Assembly: GCF_035594765.1 (NCBI RefSeq)
Contig: NC_085842.1
Span: 140,381,036 to 140,445,035 of the forward strand
Origin: Anolis carolinensis
Taxonomy: Eukaryota
Reading direction: 5' to 3'
DNA length: 64,000 nucleotides
The notes under the pieces were generated by a model, which was given only the letters and a program-made list of their open reading frames with translations, did no database searches and was not told where the DNA came from. Position numbers and translations under genes: made by a program. This document shows positions 12,680 through 25,778 of the stretch, piece by piece; positions within the stretch are counted from its first letter, which is position 1; each line of letters starts with the position of its first letter.

Positions 12680-12975
12680 AAGCTCATGGAAGTTGTAGTT
12701 TGGTGAGATACCAGCATTCTTTGGCAGAGAAGGCAAAAATGGGAAAACCACCATTTCCATATTTTTCATAGCATTGAGCCATAGCAGTTAAAGCATTGGT
12801 TCTCAACCTGTGGGTCCCCAGGTGTCATGGCCACAACTTCCAGAAATCCCAGCCAGTTTACCAGCTGTTAGGCTTTCTGGGAGTTGAAGGCCAAAACATC
12901 TGGGGATCCACAGGTTGAGAACCACCAGTTAAAGTGTTGTTAAACTGCATTCATTCTACAGCGTAGATGCATCCT
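12680..12975. mobile_element. PIF/Harbinger-type palindromic MITE (GGGTGCATCTACACTG family) carrying a nested hAT MITE
   Basis: Right end TTCTACAGCGTAGATGCATCC and interior match 20656-20875; left end degraded. Confidence 0.6.
12794..12926. mobile_element. hAT MITE family A (nested)
   Basis: Same sequence family as 5985-6119; 8-bp TSD AGTTAAAG (12786-12793, 12927-12934). Confidence 0.88.
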
Positions 12976-14489
12976 TAGACTGAAATATGCATTCTAAAAA
13001 ATGTTACTGTACATAAAAAGCTTGGGAATGGGTTGCAGGTCCATGTCCGTGAAGAAGGGAAGAAAGATAGAAATCATTCCACAAAATACATCCGCAGTTC
13101 TTTGCTAATGTGCAAAGAACTTTAAAGCACCCTTTAGTTAATTGCCTTTCCCTCCTGCTGCCTACTGGCATTCCAAAAAACTACTTACAAATACTAAAAT
13201 AAAAAATAATCTTCCTTTTTGTGGCATAGCTTTTTAAATGACCATTAAAATTAACCGAATTATACACTGGTCTAAAACAAAAGCAGCCCAGAGATGCCAA
13301 ATTTAAAATTATATCAAATGCTTTTTAATGTGACCCAGATAAATACTTTACAATTACAAGATGGAACACTGCTGCCCTGGGGGAAATAGAGAACAATATA
13401 TTTCAGAGGCCAGATACCCAGGGGATTAAGGATTTACACTCCACTAATCTTACACTAATCCACGTACAGCAAACATGGAATGAAGAACACCGCAAAAGCC
13501 TAATTACATCCTCAACATGCAGATGGTGTGTCCCTCAGGAGGCTGAGCTGGGTGGCTAAAAGATGTCCAGATAAAGAGATGCAAAGGGGATAACAAAGGC
13601 ACGAGGCTTCTTGGAAGAGAAGCTGCTCTAAAATAATGCCCCCCTCCTCTTAACACATACATGCTGGAGAGAGGGAGGGAGGGAGGGAGAGAGAGGCAGA
13701 AGAATAAAGGCGTTCCCAATCCAGTCATAATGTTTAATCTGACTCTTAATGTATTTAAATATCCAGCACATTTTGTTCTTTAGAAGCTGTTTGCAATCAG
13801 AACCACTTATCATTTGGCCTAATGAATGTGGAAATTGGATGGCCCTCCCAATCTTGTTGGATTGCAAATTCCATCAGTCTTAGGCAGTATATCCCGTTGT
13901 GACGAATGCAGGGAACTGTTTTCAGCAATCTCTGAATTACTGCACAAGTCCCATCCCTAAATTAGGCAGAGTGAGATGTTGTACTCATTAGTTAAATTAC
14001 TGTTGTACCTTTGGCTGGCGGGTGGTGAGATGTCTATTGACATAATTGAAATAATTGGTTTAAGGTAATGCAAACAATGAAAATGACCTAGGCAGTAGAC
14101 ACTCTGTCTCAGGTGACAAAATATTTTGTGCAACCCTGTCCTCAACTGAGAACTTTCCACTTCTATAGCTATAGTTTCTTATTTACTAGTTACAGAAGCA
14201 AAGGACTAGCAAACACCATTATTTATTACCAGTAGAACAGCCTTGACCCAGATGAATATCCTCCTTGTCTTTACTGGCATTGTCCATTAACTTCTAATGA
14301 AATCATGGTAGGATCATATAAGGAGACATGGTTTTTCAGATAGTCTTGATCTAAGCCATATTATTAAATCAAACCCTCCTTAAACAAGGACTTTTATGGG
14401 GAAGTATATAAATTCTAACCCCTACTATTACTACTACAACTTAGATTCTTTGCCCAACCCCCAAATTCTCATCCAGTAACTTGGATAAC

Positions 14490-16045
14490 CTTGGTATCAT
14501 CCTCTGGATTGGAATTGTTACTGGTAAATGCAAGGCCAGTGAATGGCAAAACAAGTCCATTCAGGACTTGTTTCTGGATAAGCATGCCAACCTGGTTTGT
14601 ATTGGTTAGTTGCGCAAAGTGGGTAGGTGGTTATTGGATTAATCTCTCTCTTTCAGCATTGTCCACCAGGTTCTCTGTGCATCAGCAAACAATTCCTGGG
14701 ATACAGAGAGGTGGGGTTTCAGAGAATCACAAGGATTCAATTCCTGTGTTCTCTCCCACATTTTTCTAGCCTTGAGTGTGTGTACCTGAAACTAGGTGGC
14801 TAGGGCATAATATGGATTCTATTGATATGCTGCCCACCTTGCTGCTCTAGGGTCTTTCTTCCTGGGCTAGCCAAGATTAGTCTCCAGTTTAGTACCCTCA
14901 GCTTGTAGTACTGGGATATATTAATATCCATACTGAGACAATCTTGTGGGAGTAGTTCAGCTCTGTGGTAATTGGTCATACCTATCCTGTTGAGTACACC
15001 AGGACATCATTTTCTGTGTTGGGTAGGGTGATTGGGGACTGGAAGAACCAATCCATGACAAAAGACAAAAAAAAATTAGGCTTTCCAAGACTCAGGGCCT
15101 CTGCAGAGGTAGTGAACCAATTAACATGGTCTGCTCCAGAAAACCTATGAATATGGATAGATTCCTGGTGGAGCCTGGGAAGTTTCCTGTTGCAGGCAAT
15201 TTTGTCTTGGGACCTCTTCACATGGGGAAAAATAGCCGCTTTTTGCCGCTTTTAGCTGATGCTTAGATGGGACCTGCCGAGTGCCATCCACCATGAGGAG
15301 GAAAGTGTTTTTCGGGTAGCTCTGATGGAGTTACCCACACTTTCCTCCTCTTTTCCTCATATGATGGAGAAAAGGGTGGCTGTCTATTCTCTCATCTGAT
15401 GACAGGGACAGGGTGCCAATGCCTCCTGTCTTGTCCCCACCATGTCCCCACCATGTGATGGGGGGGTGGAAGGACGGCACGCGGGGCACCACAAGGCACC
15501 CTGCACACCTTCCCTTTCACCGGCAGCCATGAAGAGGTCCTTGGTTGACTCCTTGAATGTGGAAATGGCCAGGGTAGTGGATACAATCAGAATGTTAGAT
15601 CCTTGTCCTTCCAGGCTCTTTAAAAAAATGAGAGGGGGATTGGCAGTGTGGATGGAGACAGTGCTCAGTGACTTGATGAAAAAGGCAGAGCTCCACCATG
15701 CTTCAAGGAGGTTTAAAAAATCCCTAGTTAATTAGAGGCCAGTCTCAAAACATTCCATTTTTGGCAAGGGATTGAGATGGATTATCTAGATCCATTTCAA
15801 TCTGGCTTCAGGTCAGGTTATGGGACACAGACAACCTAGGTTGCCTTGATAGATTAACCATGTCATCACTGAATGAGGATGGAGGAACCCTGTAGGTTCC
15901 ACTATACCTCTTTTTAGCTTTTGAAACTATGAACCATGGCATTCTTTGGGACTACCTTATTAGGATGGGGCTCACAGTCACTGTTTTACAATGGCTCCAT
16001 TCCTTCCTTTAAGGGAGAATGAAGAAGGTGGTGCTGGAGTGTCCT
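14490..16045 (+). mobile_element. Degraded, internally deleted L2 LINE ORF2 (APE endonuclease and RT remnants)
   Basis: LLLVNARPVNGK (APE domain start), LDPCPS, RPVS, YLDPFQSGFRSGYGT and NHGIL motifs with many stops and frameshifts. Confidence 0.75.
15210..15540. mobile_element. PIF/Harbinger-type MITE inserted in the L2
   Basis: 11-bp TIR GGACCTCTTCA/TGAAGAGGTCC; 3-bp TSD TTG (15207-15209, 15541-15543); L2 sequence resumes after it. Confidence 0.75.
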
Positions 16046-16052
16046 TTTAATC

Positions 16053-16188
16053 CAGGCATCCGCAAACTGCAGCCCTCCAGCTCTTTACATCTCCAACTCC
16101 CAGAATTTCTGACCATTGAACAAGCTGGTTAGGACATTTGGGAGTTGGAGGCCCAAACAGCTGGAGGGTTGTCATTTGAGGATGTTTT
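16053..16188. mobile_element. Palindromic hAT MITE (CAGGCAT-type end)
   Basis: CAGGCATCCGCAAACTG…CCCTCCAGCT…AGCTGGAGGG…TTTGAGGATG inverted arms. Confidence 0.65.
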
Positions 16189-16641
16189 GATCAGTTGATA
16201 GTTCAATTATGTTTTAACTTTTGAATTCTTTGAATTTTAATCTATAATTGTTTATAATTGTGTAAGTCCTCTTGTGTTCAAACAAGGGACTAGGTGATCT
16301 ATAAATAAAAATATAAAGAAACTATGCCTGCTCACAGTAGCAGCAAAGTGAGACAAGAAGCAGCTCTATTTCTAGTCAGAGAATTTCATTCTCCAAACCC
16401 AATACTGTCAGCTCTTCAATTCTTAGGAAGGGTCTAGGCAGATGTCTTTTTCATTCCTTTGAATTTTTTTGTTCCTTTGAACTCAACCTAGTTGTTTTCT
16501 CATTCAAAGCACATGCTTTCTAAGACACTCTTTCGCTCTCTGCAAACCCTTCCATATAAAGCTTTCTATATGCCTAGAGATGCACATGTCTGTGTTTTTC
16601 AAGTTATTAGAGGTCAGCATGGTCTACAGTAGTGTTTATAG

Positions 16642-16775
16642 CCGTGGTTCTCAACCTATGGGTCCCCAGTGTTTTGTCCTACAATTCCCAGAAATCCAAG
16701 CCAGTTTACCAGCTGTTAGGATTTCTGGAAGTTGAAGGCCAAAACATCTGGGGACCCATAGGTTGAGAACTACTG
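16642..16775. mobile_element. hAT MITE family A
   Basis: TIRs as in 5985-6119; perfect TSD GTTTATAG (16634-16641, 16776-16783). Confidence 0.92.
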
Positions 16776-18012
16776 GTTTATAGGAACACACCTTACTGAA
16801 GACAGTGCCACAGCAACAGTGCATGCATAAGTACAAAAGACCATTAAGCAATGTGTGAAATGATAAATACATCCTCTAGGACTTCTGCTGTTCAAAACAT
16901 AACAGCAATCACCAGCACTTAAAGGCACATGCACACACATACAAAGTGTAGCATGTGGGGGAGGAGAATTTCAAAGAGAGAAGAATAAAGTATAATCTTC
17001 ATTTGAATGTATCAGAATTAAAAAAAATCCCTTTGTGCTTCCAATCAAAATGTAACTTTAAAAAAGATAAACTTGAAAGAAGAAAATATTGGGTTAACTT
17101 ATAAGGTTTTTTTTTTTTTAAGTAGAAGGCACTTTTAAAAATTCCCAAGAGTCTGCCCAGGGCAATGGAGATGTCCGAGTTCTACAAATAGTCCAAGGCA
17201 TCTGTCACAGTTAATTTAAGAACAATTCACCTTGTTCTCCTAAAAGACAATGGATAAGATGATCTCCAGGGTCCTCTCTTTAATTCCATAAACTGTTTCT
17301 AATACAAGATTTCTAGATACATTGCTAACTATTATTACTGTTATTGTTAATATCAGAGTACAATAAGGAGAGAAATGCCAGTTACCTTAAAAACCCACAG
17401 AGGAGTAATTTTTTCTGATTCATATCAGCTGCAGAACTGATGTTTTAAAATTGCACACAGACCTGCAGCTTCAGCTGCATAAGCAGAAGCAGATGTTTGA
17501 AGGAAGAAGCTAGGGCAAAGCCTACCCTTGTGGGTACGCACATCCCAACATAAAAGGATAGCTAACTTAATTGGAACATTTCTTTGCTACCGAAACTACC
17601 ATCCAAGCTCCAAATGTGTATCTTACTGCCACTGCTACATGCACCAGACTCTCATTAACCACACAAACAGCTGTGCTGCTTTCTTTTTCAAGCTGTCAAA
17701 CCTGTTGCTTGATTTTGCTTTCCAGTCAACATGCCTTCACTCAAACAGCTTCCATGTCCCTTCCCCGCTTCATAATTCTATGTCTCAACAGTTATTCAAA
17801 GAAGCTTTGAACTTAACCCACACTTTCCTCCAAGGGCTGTATATGCTGGGAAATGACAGATGCTCTGAAATGCAAGATTTTTGGACAATGTTTCCAGTAT
17901 GAGAAATGCCAGGGCAAAGGCCTATATCAAGAAAAGCGTGTTATAACTGATGAGTAGCACAATTCTATTCACATTTATTCAGATGTCGGTCCCACTATAT
18001 CAATGGGACTAG

Positions 18013-19211
18013 GGACCTCATCAAATGAAGTTGCCAAATGTGGGCAACAATGGGGGGGATAAGCCAGGCAGCATGGCAAATTTGGCCGCAACAGAGGAAT
18101 CTGTCACCCTACATCCTGCATCGCCTGCAGTGCTGCCTCCCCCATCTCATGTGGGAAAGCGCCACTGCCCAGCTTGCTCCTGTGCTCACCTCGTTGTTCT
18201 GTCCTATGACACTATCACCACAGTTTGGGGATGGAGCCTTGCCAGAAGTAGCTCTACATCATTTGATTTCTGCTCCCCAGAAGACAGGAGCAGAATTCAA
18301 AACGATCTTGACAGACAAGAGGGATGGACTGAAACTAACAAAATGAAGTTCAACAGGGATAAATGCAAGATACTTCATTTCGGCAGAAAAAATGGAATGC
18401 AAAAATACAGAATGGGGGACGCCTGGCTAGACAGCAGTACATGTGAAAAAGATCTTGAAGTCCTTGTGGACAACAAGTTAAACATGAGCCAGCAATGTGA
18501 TGTGGCTGCTAAGAAAGCCAATGGGATTTTGGCCTGCATCAATAGGGGAATAGCGTCTAGATCCAGGGAAGTCATGCTGCCCCTCTATTCTGCCTTGGTC
18601 AGACCACACCTGGAATACTGTGTCCAATTCTGGGCACCGCAGTTGAAAGGAGATGTTGACAAGCTGGAATGTGTCCAGAGGAGGGCAACTAAAATGATCA
18701 AAGGTCTGGAGAACAAGCCCTATGAGGAGAGGCTTAAAGAACTGGGCATGTTTAGCCTGCAGAAGAGAAGGCTAAGAGGAGACATGATAGCCATGTACAA
18801 ATATGTGAGGGGAAGTCCTAGGGAGGAGGGAGCAAGCTTGTTTTCTGCTGCCCTGCAGACTAGGACGTGGAACAATGGCTTCAAACTACAGGAAAGGAGA
18901 TTCCACCTGAACATCAGGAAGAACTTCCTCACTGTGAGAGCTGTTCGGCAGTGGAACTCTCTCCCCCAGACTGTGGTGGAGGCTCCTTCTTTGGACGCTT
19001 TTAAGCAGAGGCTGGATGGCCATCTGTTGGGGGTGCTTTGAATGCGATTTCCTGCTTCTTGGCAGGGGGTTGGACTGGATGGCCCATGAAGTCTCTTCCA
19101 ACTCTACTATTCTATGATTCTATGATTCTATGATGGGATCCGAGGGGCTCCATCCCTGAACTATGCTGCATGCATCCTACGATGGGTAAATTTTCCCTTG
19201 TGATGAAGTCC
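18013..19211. mobile_element. PIF/Harbinger-type MITE split by a CR1 insertion
   Basis: TIR GGACCTCATCA (18013) and TGATGAAGTCC (19201-19211), 10/11 match and similar to the TIR of 15210-15540; flanks TAG/TAA. Confidence 0.55.
18272..19133 (+). mobile_element. Young 5'-truncated CR1 LINE (C-terminal ORF2 uninterrupted)
   Basis: Peptide W…NKMKFNRDKCKILH…EKDL.VLVD…LYSALVRPHLEYCVQFWAP…LE.VQRRATKMI…RRLRGDMI…WNSLP typical of CR1 ORF2; (TTCTATGA)3 tail. Confidence 0.97.
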
Positions 19212-19279
19212 TAACAGGCATATACAAATATGATTGCTACCTTAAAACCCCTTCCTACAAATTCTAAATGCAAAGGTTG

Positions 19280-19445
19280 AGAGTAGTGTAGTGGTATGAA
19301 TGTTGGACTACCACTTCGGAGACCAGGGTTTGAATCACTGCTCAGCCACAAAAAACCACTGGGTGACCCTGAGCACACACTCACAGAACCAGAAGACTCA
19401 GGTTTATCGTAACTCAGAAATGACTTGAAGGCAAACAATAAGAGC
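19280..19445 (+). mobile_element. tRNA-derived MIR/CORE-like SINE with RTE-type tail
   Basis: A-box-like TAGTGTAGTGG, B-box-like GGTTTGAATC, CTGGGTGACC core, tail GAAATGACTTGAAGGCAAACAA. Confidence 0.6.
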
Positions 19446-19772
19446 AGCACAACAACTGGGCAAGGGGAAGATGTACTCCACCTGTGTAAGAACATTTCTT
19501 CCTTTTTTTGACAAGTCCAGATGCTCAATACTACCAATCAAAACAGGTTGAGGAAGCTACTCTCCTGGGCTGAAATTAAGTTTGGAAATACACTTCCAGC
19601 TGGTGTCTTTCTGAAACACCAAGATGACCATTTCTCCCACTATGAGTAAAGAGAAATTTTATTAGTTGCAGCTCTGCCATGCACAGAGATGCAATGATAA
19701 GAAAAACTACACTTATAGTATATCTGAGAGGCAGCTTTCAAAAGCATGAAAATTTATGTAAGAAAGGAGTAC

Positions 19773-19998
19773 AGTACAACCTCACATATCCAAGGTGGTG
19801 GGGATATAATTCAAGAAGGCATGTGGATACCTTAAACTCATGAACCCTATATTTTGATTATACTTAGGATGGACGCATACTATAACATCATACCAGAGGA
19901 CCTAGAGGGGCCTACATACACATTGGGGTGGAATATTTTTGGAGCATGCATAGATGAAGCAATGGATACCAACTCTGTAGACAAGGGAGATGTGCTGC
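19773..19998. mobile_element. Old Tigger-like MITE
   Basis: TACAGTACAACCTCACATATCC start, internal TGGATACC motifs, degenerate inverted end. Confidence 0.35.
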
Positions 19999-20655
19999 AA
20001 TTACAAATGTTATTATTCCTAAGAAGCACTTTACACATCAATAAACTGTTTTTACACACAATTGTACCTCTGTTATGTTTTGCTTCTGTTGTTGATCATT
20101 AGAAATGCTGATCTTTATATGTTTGTCTTTCTCACTGAAGACAAAACAAATCTGTAAATATTCTTTATATCCCTGTTATTGTTTGGGTCTTGCCCCTCTG
20201 AAAGCTACATCACAGATGTGCTAGAAATTGTATGTTTTATTTTTTGCATTGAAAAAGGATTTTACACAAATATACGCAATTTTGTGCTCAAAAACCTTGT
20301 ATTTAATTAAAAACATATCTTGCGAGGCACTTAATATTTTTGCCCCAAAATCCCTAAATGCAAAAATGATTGAAAACCTGTATTTTTTCATAATCATGTC
20401 CAATAAACAGTTTATTTTTGAAAAAATGGTATTCAGATAGTTGAAGTCCTTCCAGCCAAACTACATATTGGTCAGTCACCTAATTCCTCTGCTATGACAC
20501 CGGCACATAACACTACTCTGCAAAGAATCCTGGGAGTGCAATCTGTGCATTGCTTCATACCAGCCACTTTGGCTTCCCTATAGTATGTTTATGCATGATG
20601 TCAAAGTTAGAGAAGATGTAAGCACCCAGAAATTGCTAAGGAGCTGGGGAATCAA

Positions 20656-20875
20656 GGGTACATCTACACTGTCAAATTAATATGGGCTGACACCACTTTA
20701 ACTGCCATGGTTCAATGCTAGGGTATCATGAGAGTTTTAGTTTGGCAAAACACCAACATTCTTGGGCAGATAGTGCTAATGACCTTATAAAACTATTTCC
20801 CCATAATTCCACAGCATTGAGCTATGGAGTTAAAGTGGTGTTAAACTGCATTAATTCAACAGAGTACATGCACCC
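20656..20875. mobile_element. PIF/Harbinger-type palindromic MITE
   Basis: Long inverted arms GGGTACATCTACACTG…CACCACTTTAACT / AGTTAAAGTGGTG…GTACATGCACCC; 3-bp TSD CAA. Confidence 0.8.
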
Positions 20876-22425
20876 CAAGCTAAAATAATTTACATTGTTC
20901 AGACCTTAATACCAAATGTCTTGCAAGAAAGAAGACGTGTATAATCAATGCCATTTCAGTTTTTGTGGCATGATGCAAACCATACAAAGCCCCCTTTGTA
21001 TCTGTGACACAGAGTCATTGAGTATAAGCCATGGCCAGGCAGAGGTCTCTTCCAGGAAAGAAGCCATGAGACATTCTGGCACTCTGGATACCACTACCTT
21101 CATTCTCAGCGCTCTGCCCAGGATTCTTCAGTAGCAAGGCCCATTCATAGCTCACACTCTTTCTAAACTCTTGGGCTTCAGCTCTTCTTCATTCTTTCCC
21201 TTTGCTCTGTTTTCTAAACAAAGCTGTGGAGGGCCAAAGGAAAAGGCTGGTGCTTATTCAGTGGAAACTCCATTGATTACTCTGTGTGGTACCTTTCTGA
21301 CATCAAGGACACCTTTGGAACAGGGGAAAATCTGGGTTCTATCAGCTCTTATAAGCAAGTGTTTCGAAAGGTTTACAGAAAAGTAAAGTAAACATAGCTC
21401 TGAGTAACAAAAGAGTGCCGTTTATGCATTCTTTGATTCACTGTAAAGGATGGTGTAAACTGACTTTTTAACCAAGCATTAGGCAAGCATTTGGGCCCAC
21501 GCCATTCCATAATAAACAGTGACATGGCTATATTAAAATATTTACTTAATGCACGGCCGTGACTTATAGTATGAGTGGCTACTCAATAGAATGTCCTGAG
21601 TGCTAAGGCGTCAGGTGCCACTGCCTGTATAAATATTCTGTGTGCACTTGTTTATAGGAAAACCCCATCTGGATTTGGCTAGAAACAGCAGACACCCTGG
21701 TGACCCCAGTTTTTGCTATTGGAAAATATAACACAAATGTTCGTTCATCCAGAATAACGGCAGAAGTTAAGTGCCATTTGACAGACTGAAGGGTATTGGC
21801 TTTTCTCAATAAGGAGCAAGACCTGTGGCGGAAATATGTTCACAATAACAGCTTCATAACAGCTTCTGGGGAATTGCATCCTTTCATGGAATGGTTGCAG
21901 TGGACACCTCCACATCCCACCCAACTTGCCGTTAGAATGGACTATCTGGAGATGCCACAAAGAATTTCCCAAATAATGAGTGTGGAGAACAGAATTACTT
22001 CCAAGTTCATAAGCTCTCTCTTGTTGTTCTCTCACTTTGAACATAAAAACACAAAGAAGAGACCTTCCAGATCAGGCCAGCATTCTGTCCAGCATTCTGT
22101 TTTGACAGTGACCGACCAGATGCCTATGAAAAGCAGGACGTGAATGCAACACTATCTTCTCGTTCATGGTTCCTGGCAATCTGTACTGTCTCTCTAGATA
22201 CTGTGGTAGTGTTCAGCTTTCCTGTATCCTTTTCTTTTGCCCACATAATGCCAAGAGGAGGAGCAATTGAAAGAGGAGCAAGTGAAAAAATGAGTGCAAG
22301 CCCATGGGCAGGGTTTTTATTTCAGCCAATAGGTCATTTGTAGGAAATTAGCCGGAATATGAACTAGTATGGACTCTTAATGATACATACACATACAAAC
22401 ATATAGACAAGAGATTTGTAGTGGG

Positions 22426-23408
22426 CAGTGGCATCATAGGGACGGTGGGTGCAGGGTGACATCGTAACAGCCGCCCCCCCCCCCCCCCCGCCTCCCTGAA
22501 ATTCACTTGTTACATTTGTAGCCCATCTTTTCACAAACACTTAGAACAACTTTATCAGGGAAATTAATCACTTTCATTTTTCACATGAAGGCACGCCATT
22601 CTAGCCATTGTACAATTACTTGTGTACTGCCTATCTGTGCATTAAATTTCTGAAATACTTCTGTCATAAATTCTGATTAGTCAGTTCTGTAACATAAGAG
22701 AATCATACCATATCATACCACATCTTCATGCTAAATATTCCACATAACCAATTTTGCACATCAGCTTTTAAATAATTACAGAATACTGTGGAACCCAATG
22801 ATCAATATGCTTTGGGTTCATAGTCATCCTTGTATATGCTGGGCCCATTCAAGAAATCCAAACTTCCAAGGACCATGTAATATAAGTTACAATGTTTGAA
22901 ACCGTCTCACTGGAATTGGCAGATAAGGAGGGCAACTCATCTGCATCAAGATATCCGGCACAGATTACATAATGATGTCAACAAATTTTTCACAATTAAG
23001 AATTTGTACTTAACTGTACTACCGGTACTTAATTGTAGTGCAGTTAAATACGGTGGGTTGTATTTTATTTAAGTAGCACCTGTCTGGGTTGGATCATATG
23101 ATAAAATTCTGAGCCACTAAGTGAGGAATCCCCCTAAAACACATTTTCAGCTCTAACAGATGTGAAAACTCTCCAGAGCATATTTTCAAGTATGGGTCAA
23201 TGCCAGGGTGACAACGTAGACAGTTTTAACAATGATCAGGCTGAGAGTGAATGAATGATGTAGGTTTTATTAATATTAATATTAGCTATTATTCAATTTC
23301 TTCCTATACTTCTTTCAGGTGTAAATGAAATGTTGCTAAAATGATGAATATGATTAAAACAATTGTAGAAATAATAAAAAATTGCATATTACTTCATATA
23401 CCACACTG
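22426..23408. mobile_element. Possible old hAT-like element
   Basis: Starts CAGTGGC followed by a GC-rich subterminal region and a C16 run; ends CACACTG; no TSD found. Confidence 0.25.
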
Positions 23409-23567
23409 TCTATTATCTATATATGAATTAGCATTTATTGTTCCAGCAATATAAATATATTCTTATGAAAACAATCTACTTCAATCCAGTAGATTCTAAC
23501 TACATAGTAAGCCCCATTACATAAGTGGGACTTACCTCTGAGTAGACATGGACAATTCCATAGAGAC

Positions 23568-24462
23568 GTCTTCTTCAAGCCATTCCTGACTTGTGACAAA
23601 CCTAAAGTGAACTTATAATGGTTTTTTTCTTGGCAAGGTTTGTTCAGATTGGTTTTGTCATTGTCCTCCTCTGAGACTGTGAGACTTTGACTTACCCAAG
23701 ATCATCCAATGGGTTTCCATGGCTGAGCTGGGGTTCAAACTCAAGAACTTCTCAAGAACAGCTCTATGCTAATTATTTATTCTGGGACCAAACTGGAGTG
23801 TTAAACTGGAGTGTTAAATTATAGATTGCCCCAGGAATGGTTTTGACTGCCAGTCGCCAGCTGCTGCAGAGGCAAGAGGGAATCCTGACTATTCAGCAGT
23901 GCTTCACCCAGTTTGGCGGCACCACCACCACCCCATTCTCATTGTCATGGCAGTCAGTGGGCTCAACCTGGCTAGTGCCAGCCGCTTGCCATGAGGAGGA
24001 ATTGCCCCTCCTTTCCCCTTGCCTTCTTCACAATTGCATCCTGACTGATGTCAGTCCAGGTGACAAGTGATGACAACTAACCATGTTGTACCTGCTGGCT
24101 GCTGCAATTATGTGAATTATGTGGGTGGGGTGTACCATCCTATAATCCAAGATTGCCTGAGCTCAAGGAATACATAGTGACCAGGTAAATAGATGTGAAT
24201 GGTTTAATCTTGCAACCATCTTGGAACTGTTTACATTGGATTAAAGTCAAAGTTTGCTCTGGGTTCCCGGGGAGAATTCAGAGCAACTTGTGACTTCAGT
24301 TAATGCAGCTCAAGGGCATGTTAAGCAGCTTTGGCCCGCATTTACCCAAATCAACTCCATGTATCATTTAGCCAAATAGAGCTGATTTACCCCCTTTCGG
24401 GATAATGATTTAGTATAGATGTGCCCATAGTCCAACACACAAGCACTACACAATGCTGACTC
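23568..24462 (-). mobile_element. MIR/CORE-like SINE split by a ~680 bp Harbinger-like insertion (~23750-24427)
   Basis: SINE body at 23568-23742 (reverse of the 19280 family) resumes with its head at 24428-24462; the insert ends TAGTATAGATGTGCCC. Confidence 0.55.
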
Positions 24463-24967
24463 TCAGAGAGACATACTTACATATAATTTTTCTTTAACTC
24501 AAAACCTTTATTTCTGAGTAACATACAAATGGTTATGGTATAAGAAAATTTCTTAAGTCTAATTGATTTCAATGAAAGAAGTGATCTTGTGTTTGACTGC
24601 CTCACTAAAATCTATGAAACTTCAAAGTATGGTGCATTATTTGATTCAGACTCATAGTTAATGAAAAAAGAAGAGGAAGGTTTATTTATTTAGATTAGTT
24701 ATTTATTCAGTAAACCACTGTTGCTAAAGATGGTTGATTTGTTTTCTAAACTAATCCATGCACAAAAGAAGAGAAAATAGTTTTGGTCATTTAAGCTTCA
24801 TAGTGGAAGTACTTTCCTTTCTTACTGGCCAAATTTGTTTACAAGGAAAACTTCAAAAGACGGGACTAATTTCATCACCACGGGGTAAAGTAAGGCTGGG
24901 TGAAAGCTTCAATCCTACACACACTTTCCAGGGAGTAAGTTCCAGTGAACCTAGAATGATTCGTTTT

Positions 24968-25778
24968 CAGAGGCGGTCCAACCATAAGGCGAAATAGGCA
25001 TTTGCCTGTGGCGCCATCGTCCCGGGGGCACCATCGTCCTGGGAGGAGGGCACCACTCTCCACCTCCTTCTCTTTCGGGCCTTCCAGCAGCCGCGCTGGG
25101 CCTTCCGGCCAGCGCAGACCCACCTTCGCACCACGCAAGCCCACCTTTGGGGCCTTCAGAGATTGTGAGGTCTGTAGGAACTTGGAAGCTAGGTATGTGG
25201 GGTTTATATATCTGTAGAAGGTCCAGGGTGGGAGAAAGAACTTTTCTTTGAAGCAGGTGTGAATGTTGTAATTAATCACCTTGATTAGCATTTAATGGCC
25301 CTGTGGCTTCAAGGCCTGGCTTCTTCTTGCCTGGGAGAATCTTTTTTTGGGAGGAGTTAGCTGTCCCTGATTGTTTACTGTCTGGATTTCTTCTGTTTTC
25401 AGCGTGTTGTTCTTTATTTATTGTCCTGATTTTAGAGGGGGTTTTTTTTAATACTGAGGGCTATCTGGGTTATCTAAGTCCACACTGTCCTATATCCCTG
25501 TTCAATGTTTAGTGCTAAATTTGCAAATATAGTAATTCCTACATAACATTACCATGTATTGAACTGCTTTTTCTATTGATTTGTTGTAAAACATGATGTT
25601 TTGGTGCTTAATTTTTAAAATCATAATGTAATTTGATGTTTTATAGGCTTTTCCTTTATACTTCCTTATGATCCAACATTTTCGCTTATCCAACGCTTTT
25701 ATTTTTCAGTGATTGGTTTGGGGGGGGGCGCCAAAATTCTGTTCGCCTACACTTGAAAAATACCTAGGGCCAGCTCTG
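24968..25778 (-). mobile_element. Composite non-autonomous hAT (Tip100-like ends), copy 1
   Basis: Ends CAGAGGCGGTCC…GGGCCAGCTCTG; perfect 8-bp TSD TTCGTTTT (24960-24967, 25779-25786); reverse complement of 41723-42556. Confidence 0.92.
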
